Shown here in pieces: positions 59,186 through 64,000 of a DNA stretch of 64,000 bases (position 1 is its first letter; every line of letters starts with the position of its first letter). Source of the DNA: Gammaproteobacteria bacterium (lineage in GTDB: Bacteria > Pseudomonadota > Gammaproteobacteria > Eutrophobiales > Eutrophobiaceae); assembly GCA_965116495.1 (NCBI GenBank), contig OZ220696.1, forward strand, positions 2,336,001 to 2,400,000. Reading direction: 5' to 3'. A program made the position numbers and the translations under genes. The notes beneath the pieces are model-generated. The model saw nothing but the letters and a program-made list of their open reading frames with translations, did not search any database and was not told where the DNA came from.

Positions 59186-60325
59186 TTGAGTGAATACCAG
59201 TACTACGAGTTCCAGGCAGTTGATCGGCCTCTCAATAAGCAGGACATAGCGGCATTGCGGGCGCTGTCTACGAGAGCGCGCATCACCGCGACGAGCTTTA
59301 CCAATCATTATAATTGGGGCGACTTCAAGGGCGACCCCACGCGGTTGATGGATCGCTGGTTCGACTTGCACCTGTATTTCGCTAACTGGATGTCACGTCG
59401 GCTGATGATCCGCTTACCGAAACGACTTATCAACCGAGACAGACTCGATACTTTCCTGCGCGACGTCAATAGCGTCGAAATACGAACGGCGGGCGAGAAT
59501 GTGATTATCGACATCTGGCACGACTATGAACCCTCCGAATTTACTGACGATGACGACGGTTCCGGCTGGCTCGGCGCACTGGCGCCGTTGCGGGCCGCCC
59601 TGCTTGCGGGTGATTGGCGGGCGTTCTACCTGTTATGGCTGATGGAGGCGCAAACCGGGACCCTGGAAGACGACGAGAAGGAACCGCTGGCGGGCATCGG
59701 CCCGCTTAACGTCGGACTTGAGACCTTCGCTGATTTCTTTCATATAGACCGCGATCTCGTGCAGGCTGCTGCCGAGGAGTCGCCATACACAAGCGGCGAT
59801 TCCCTTCCGATAGCTTCAACCCGCGTAGCGGCTATCGCAGCAATTCCGGACGAAGAAAAGACAGCGTTACTGGAACGTTTGGCAGCGGGCGACCCTCATG
59901 TGATGGCGGAGGTTCGCAGCAGGATTCAGGAGGTCCTGGCGCCAACCACGACTGAAATACAGGATAGATGTCGAACAGTATCGACCCTGCGCGCCCGCGC
60001 CGCTGAAATATGCAAGGAGCGTAAAGCTGACGAAGCCGCGCAGGTGGAAGCAAAGCGGCAGCAACGGGAACGCGAGGCTGAAAAAGCGCGGCACGCACGT
60101 CTCAACATCCTCAGGCTTCGCGGCCTGGCCGTCTGGGATGATATCGAGAATGAAATTGAAAAACGTAATATTAACGGCTATGAGCGAGCAACTGACCTGC
60201 TTGCCGACCTGCGCGTTCTGGCTGAAGAAGACAACACGTCGGATGCCTATTCGGAGCGCCTGCGCGCCCTTCGCTCCCGACATTCCCGCAAGATCCGGTT
60301 CATTGAACAACTAACGAAGTTGTGA
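59186..60325 (+). CDS. Conserved hypothetical protein (MSEYQYYEF family)
   Basis: 379 aa; SEYQYYEFQAVDRPL...ALSTRA.IT...YNWGDF...FDLHLYFANW. Confidence 0.8.
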   Translation: MSEYQYYEFQAVDRPLNKQDIAALRALSTRARITATSFTNHYNWGDFKGDPTRLMDRWFDLHLYFANWMSRRLMIRLPKRLINRDRLDTFLRDVNSVEIRTAGENVIIDIWHDYEPSEFTDDDDGSGWLGALAPLRAALLAGDWRAFYLLWLMEAQTGTLEDDEKEPLAGIGPLNVGLETFADFFHIDRDLVQAAAEESPYTSGDSLPIASTRVAAIAAIPDEEKTALLERLAAGDPHVMAEVRSRIQEVLAPTTTEIQDRCRTVSTLRARAAEICKERKADEAAQVEAKRQQREREAEKARHARLNILRLRGLAVWDDIENEIEKRNINGYERATDLLADLRVLAEEDNTSDAYSERLRALRSRHSRKIRFIEQLTKL

Positions 60326-60371
60326 CAATTATGACGCGGTGGTGAGCTTTAAACAGACAAGAACAAGAGAC

Positions 60372-60980
60372 CACATTCGCGGCGCAGGCACGGGATAAAA
60401 ACGGAAAAGTTGTGGGTTTGAACAAGGAGACAATCGAAACCGTTTTTGCAGAGTTCAGGGAAATGATTGCCGCGGATGAATCCAGTGAACCTGCCGGCAG
60501 TTTGAATGAAGGCGCGCGCATGCTGGTGCGACCGAATTTTATTGAAGACATGATAGGTCTGCACAGCCCGCCTGAAGACATGATGCCTGCCGTAGCAAAA
60601 AAACTGGCAGCATCCGGTATTACTTCCATACAGGATCCATATACGGTTCCCGAACTGCTGGAATATTATGACTGGTTGGATAAAAGCGGGCAGATGACTT
60701 TTCGCATAAGAACTGCTTTTTTCAGCCACTCAGATGATGCTCATACTACAGGGAGGCTGGCACAGATCCCTGCACATGTTGAACTGTTCAACGCGCAAAG
60801 GGAGAAACTGAAAAACAGTAAACTAATCCAGCCGAATGCGGTGAAACTTTTTGCCGATGCCGTGTTGGAAGGCAACCCCTATGCCCGCCCACCCACATTA
60901 CCGGTTGCGGCGATTCTTGATGAATTTGAACAACTCCTGTTCTCAATCGATACCGGGACGGAATCGATCGAGATCAGACG
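60372..60980 (+). pseudogene. Internal fragment of an amidohydrolase-3 (YtcJ-like) gene
   Basis: GSLNEGAR, GITSIQD, VKLFADAVLEG; both termini missing; boundaries approximate. Confidence 0.7.
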
Positions 60981-61134
60981 TTGCAAGACATGTATGAAAA
61001 AGCCGAAGAGGGCTTGTCTGAACTCTATCAACAGGCAGGCCGGTTGGAGTTTGATAGAAGCAACCGCTAACCAGGCAAATTCAGCTGACTTTATTGCTTT
61101 CGATTGAACACCAAGAGCGCGGTATCTTACCAAT

Positions 61135-61629
61135 ATGACCAAACCACGTGTATATGTTGAGACTACAGTCCCCAGCTTCTACTATGAAGAGCGCACCGCC
61201 CCGGATATTGTGGCGCGTCGAGAATGGACCCGGGGGTGGTGGGAAGATGCGCCCGAGCACTATGAGCTGGTCACCAGCCCAGCAGTGCTGGACGAGTTGG
61301 CTGGCGGCATACCGGAACATAGCGCAAAACGGTTGGAACTGGTTCATGACCTGCCTTTACTGCCTGTCGAGTCGGCCATCGCCGAGATCGTCCGGGAGTA
61401 TATCCGGCACAAGCTGATGCCGGCTGACCCGGGTGGTGATGCAATGCACTTGGCGCTTACGTCCTATCACGAGTGTGACTTTCTGGTAACCTGGAATTGC
61501 CAACATCTTGCAAACGCTAATAAGTTCGGACACATCCGCCGCATAAATGCTATACTTGGACTTTCCGTGCCAGTGTTGGTTACACCCTTGGAACTACTTG
61601 GGGATAGCGATGAGACAAAACTTAAATGA
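61135..61629 (+). CDS. PIN-domain (VapC-like) toxin
   Basis: VYVETTVPS, SPAVLDE, DAMHLAL, LVTWNCQHLAN. Confidence 0.88.
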   Translation: MTKPRVYVETTVPSFYYEERTAPDIVARREWTRGWWEDAPEHYELVTSPAVLDELAGGIPEHSAKRLELVHDLPLLPVESAIAEIVREYIRHKLMPADPGGDAMHLALTSYHECDFLVTWNCQHLANANKFGHIRRINAILGLSVPVLVTPLELLGDSDETKLK

Positions 61630-61795
61630 CCCGGTAATCGACGAGATTCGGGAAGTACGGCACCGTATCTCAGCACGCTTTGATCATGATCCCGCAAAGC
61701 TGGTGACCTTCTACATAGAGATGCAGAAACAATACCAGAACCGATTGATTAAGACCGCAAACAGTTCTGAACACAACGACCAACCGGCCGCCTGA
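61610..61795 (+). CDS. Small downstream partner of the PIN toxin (putative antitoxin)
   Basis: DPVIDEIREVRHRISARFDHD; overlaps the PIN gene end. Confidence 0.7.
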   Translation: MRQNLNDPVIDEIREVRHRISARFDHDPAKLVTFYIEMQKQYQNRLIKTANSSEHNDQPAA

Positions 61796-62240
61796 CACGA
61801 CGCCCTGCATCGACAGCCAATTCATTCTTGGCCAGTTTCTAAACGCACCGACCACGCTCCGCATGTCTATGGAGATGGACGTTTCCCAGAAATAATCTGG
61901 CTAATGAAAGGCCATGAACATATGAATGCCAAGCACCATCATGGAATGCACGAAAAAGGAACCAGATATCTGGAGAAAGAGACCTGTCCCAAGTACCAAT
62001 TCTGAAAAAACCGCAATCATGGGTTGCACACGCAGCCAGAGAATTCGACGTCGAAATCCATGTTGCTCCTTTACCAGACGAAAGGGAAAATGAAGTTATC
62101 TCTGCCCAAGAACGCCAGCGTATGGTAAATCCAACTGCTTTAAATGTTCAGAATAAGAAAGTTTGACGGTTTGTGGTCTGAACACCTTTATTAGGACATG
62201 TAGTGCAAACATTAAGGATATACAGGCGAGGTATTGAAAA

Positions 62241-63176
62241 ATGAGCTACCGGATTATCAAAGATAAAATAGACAACGGTGATATAGTCCTGCTGGATGGG
62301 GGTACCGGCTCAGAGATCGAGCGGCAGGGCGTCAGGATGAATGACCTGGCCTGGTGCGGTGTCGCCCACATGGAACAGCCGGAGGTTGTGCGCCAGGTTC
62401 ATGAGAGTTACATCCGCGCCGGCGCCGATGTGGTTATCGCCAATACATTCGGGACTGCTCCGCACGTGATAAAGCGCCTGGGGCTGGAGGATCAAACCGC
62501 GGAAATTAACCAGTCCGCGGTACGTTTGGCGTTACAGGCGCGTGATAACACCGGACAGGACGTATGTGTTGCCGCGTCCATGTCGTCCATGCCGGCATTC
62601 GATAAATTTTCCGTTCCGAAAACCGACGAGGTGAGGGAAGGGTTTGCCCGGCAGGCGGAGTTGCTCACGGAAGCCGGCGCCGAACTGATTATCACCGAGA
62701 TGATGCGCGACGTGGACATCGCCGGGATGGTTATATCTGCGGCCCGGGCGACGGGAATACCGGTCTGGACGGGTTTCAGCGCCAGCATGGATGACGCCGG
62801 TTCGCTGACCAACTATATGTCAGACGTGCGCGATACGAATACCATGTCGTTCAAACAGATGGCAGAGGATGTCCTCAGTATGGGTTGTGATAGCGCCGGC
62901 GTCATGCATTCCAGTGTCCATGATACCGGTCCGGCACTGGCGGAATTGGGTGAGTTGTGGAACGGCCCCATGTTCGCCTATGCGGAAAGCGGACATTTCG
63001 TCCCGCCAAGCTGGAAGTTTGAAGATATTATTTCTCCAGAGGATTATCTCGGCTATGCCAGGCAATGGATCGGCCAGGGCGTGCAGATAGCAGGCGGCTG
63101 TTGCGGCATCGGACCGGAGCACATCAGGGTGTTGCGGGAGAATCTGTCGGTTATGCCGCTTGATCCCGTCTCGTAA
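62241..63176 (+). CDS. Homocysteine S-methyltransferase family protein
   Basis: LLDGGTGSE, AGADVVIANTF, GGCCGIGPEHI. Confidence 0.92.
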   Translation: MSYRIIKDKIDNGDIVLLDGGTGSEIERQGVRMNDLAWCGVAHMEQPEVVRQVHESYIRAGADVVIANTFGTAPHVIKRLGLEDQTAEINQSAVRLALQARDNTGQDVCVAASMSSMPAFDKFSVPKTDEVREGFARQAELLTEAGAELIITEMMRDVDIAGMVISAARATGIPVWTGFSASMDDAGSLTNYMSDVRDTNTMSFKQMAEDVLSMGCDSAGVMHSSVHDTGPALAELGELWNGPMFAYAESGHFVPPSWKFEDIISPEDYLGYARQWIGQGVQIAGGCCGIGPEHIRVLRENLSVMPLDPVS

Positions 63177-63212
63177 AAAATAACTGAAGACCTCAACTGC
63201 GGAGTCTTTCGC

Positions 63213-64000
63213 TCAGGCCGGTTCGGGTTTTGCGGGCGCGACGCCGGAATAGTCGATAAGTCTGGATTTATACGTTTCTCGCGGCAAGCTCCCGTAAGGC
63301 ACAAGCTGAATGTCGGTTTTGACAAGAAGACGCGCCCGTATCTCATCGGCGATTCGTTGTTGCAAATGGTTTGGCTGCGCTGAATTGTAGTCGCCGAGTT
63401 CGACCACGACGGGAAGCGGTGGTGTTTGTATCACCCCTATTTGCTTCGGCCGCACCTGCATCATGCCTGACACTTCAGGGGTAAACTCCTTGAGTACGCT
63501 GCGGATCGCGGACGGAAATACATTGACGCCGCGCACGATGAGCATGTCATCAGTGCGGCCCACGCAGCGTATCCTGGGGCCGGTCCGGCCGGACGGATTG
63601 GGCTTCATGTTGACAATGACGTGGTCGCGACTCCGAAAACGCAGCAGCGGCATCGCCTCCCGTATCAGCGCCGTATAAACCAGTTCCCCTTTCACACCGT
63701 CTTCCCAGGCGAGCGGAACATTGCTGTCTGGGTCGATGAGCTCAACGTGTACAAAGCCGCGCGCCATGAAGTGCATGCCATCCGCGTCTTCGTCTTCGGC
63801 CCAGGCCGTCAACGTAATATCACCGATCCCCATGGCTTCACGTACCTTGCAACCGAATGCATCTTCAATGCGGTCACGAAGCAAGGGATCCCCGCCTCCC
63901 GGTTCGCCTGCGGTGATCATGTTTTTCAGCCCCAGGGTTTGAGTCCTGATGTCATGTTCACGGCACCAATCGATCAGATACAGGCCGTAGGAGGGGGTGC
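63213..64000 (-). CDS. Phenylacetate-CoA ligase family (PaaK-like), 5' end outside the window
   Basis: AGEPGG, GELVYTAL, PLLRFR, GRTDDMLIVRGVNVFPS. Confidence 0.88.
   Translation of the reverse strand, partial: TPSYGLYLIDWCREHDIRTQTLGLKNMITAGEPGGGDPLLRDRIEDAFGCKVREAMGIGDITLTAWAEDEDADGMHFMARGFVHVELIDPDSNVPLAWEDGVKGELVYTALIREAMPLLRFRSRDHVIVNMKPNPSGRTGPRIRCVGRTDDMLIVRGVNVFPSAIRSVLKEFTPEVSGMMQVRPKQIGVIQTPPLPVVVELGDYNSAQPNHLQQRIADEIRARLLVKTDIQLVPYGSLPRETYKSRLIDYSGVAPAKPEPA

Noticed and set aside
61800-62240. Short His-rich and other small ORF fragments
   Set aside because: Under 60 aa, interrupted and with no recognisable family

Overview
Bacterial (probably gammaproteobacterial) chromosomal window, mostly accessory DNA. 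From left to right: (i) a tandem-duplicated RND efflux pair, a ferredoxin reductase, bioA, ggt, a NodI/NodJ-type ABC exporter and an S8 protease; (ii) scattered aromatic/heteroaromatic catabolism genes: two salicylate-5-hydroxylase/anthranilate-type Rieske alpha/beta pairs, a carbazole dioxygenase CarAa homologue, a XylM/CymAa-type monooxygenase, ALDH, flavin monooxygenases, a thiolase, two TonB receptors and a PaaK-like ligase; (iii) seven type II toxin-antitoxin loci, four with dead or missing toxins, plus MITEs, REP-like palindromes and several gene fragments; (iv) a thermonuclease-ComEA gene broken by IS4 and IS1182, both with intact ends and target duplications; (v) a defence-like block with an HTH-fused DNA methyltransferase, a putative PD-(D/E)XK nuclease and an McrA-type HNH. 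The best candidate for an undescribed system is the AT-richer four-gene operon at 42746-47710: a multi-TM coiled-coil protein, a membrane-anchored VWA-like protein, a MotA/ZorA-like protein with a long repeat-containing tail, and a MotB/ZorB-like protein with Glu in place of the usual TM Asp and no recognisable OmpA domain. Family calls come from motif recognition by eye; no searches were run. No rRNA, complete tRNA or CRISPR array was seen.
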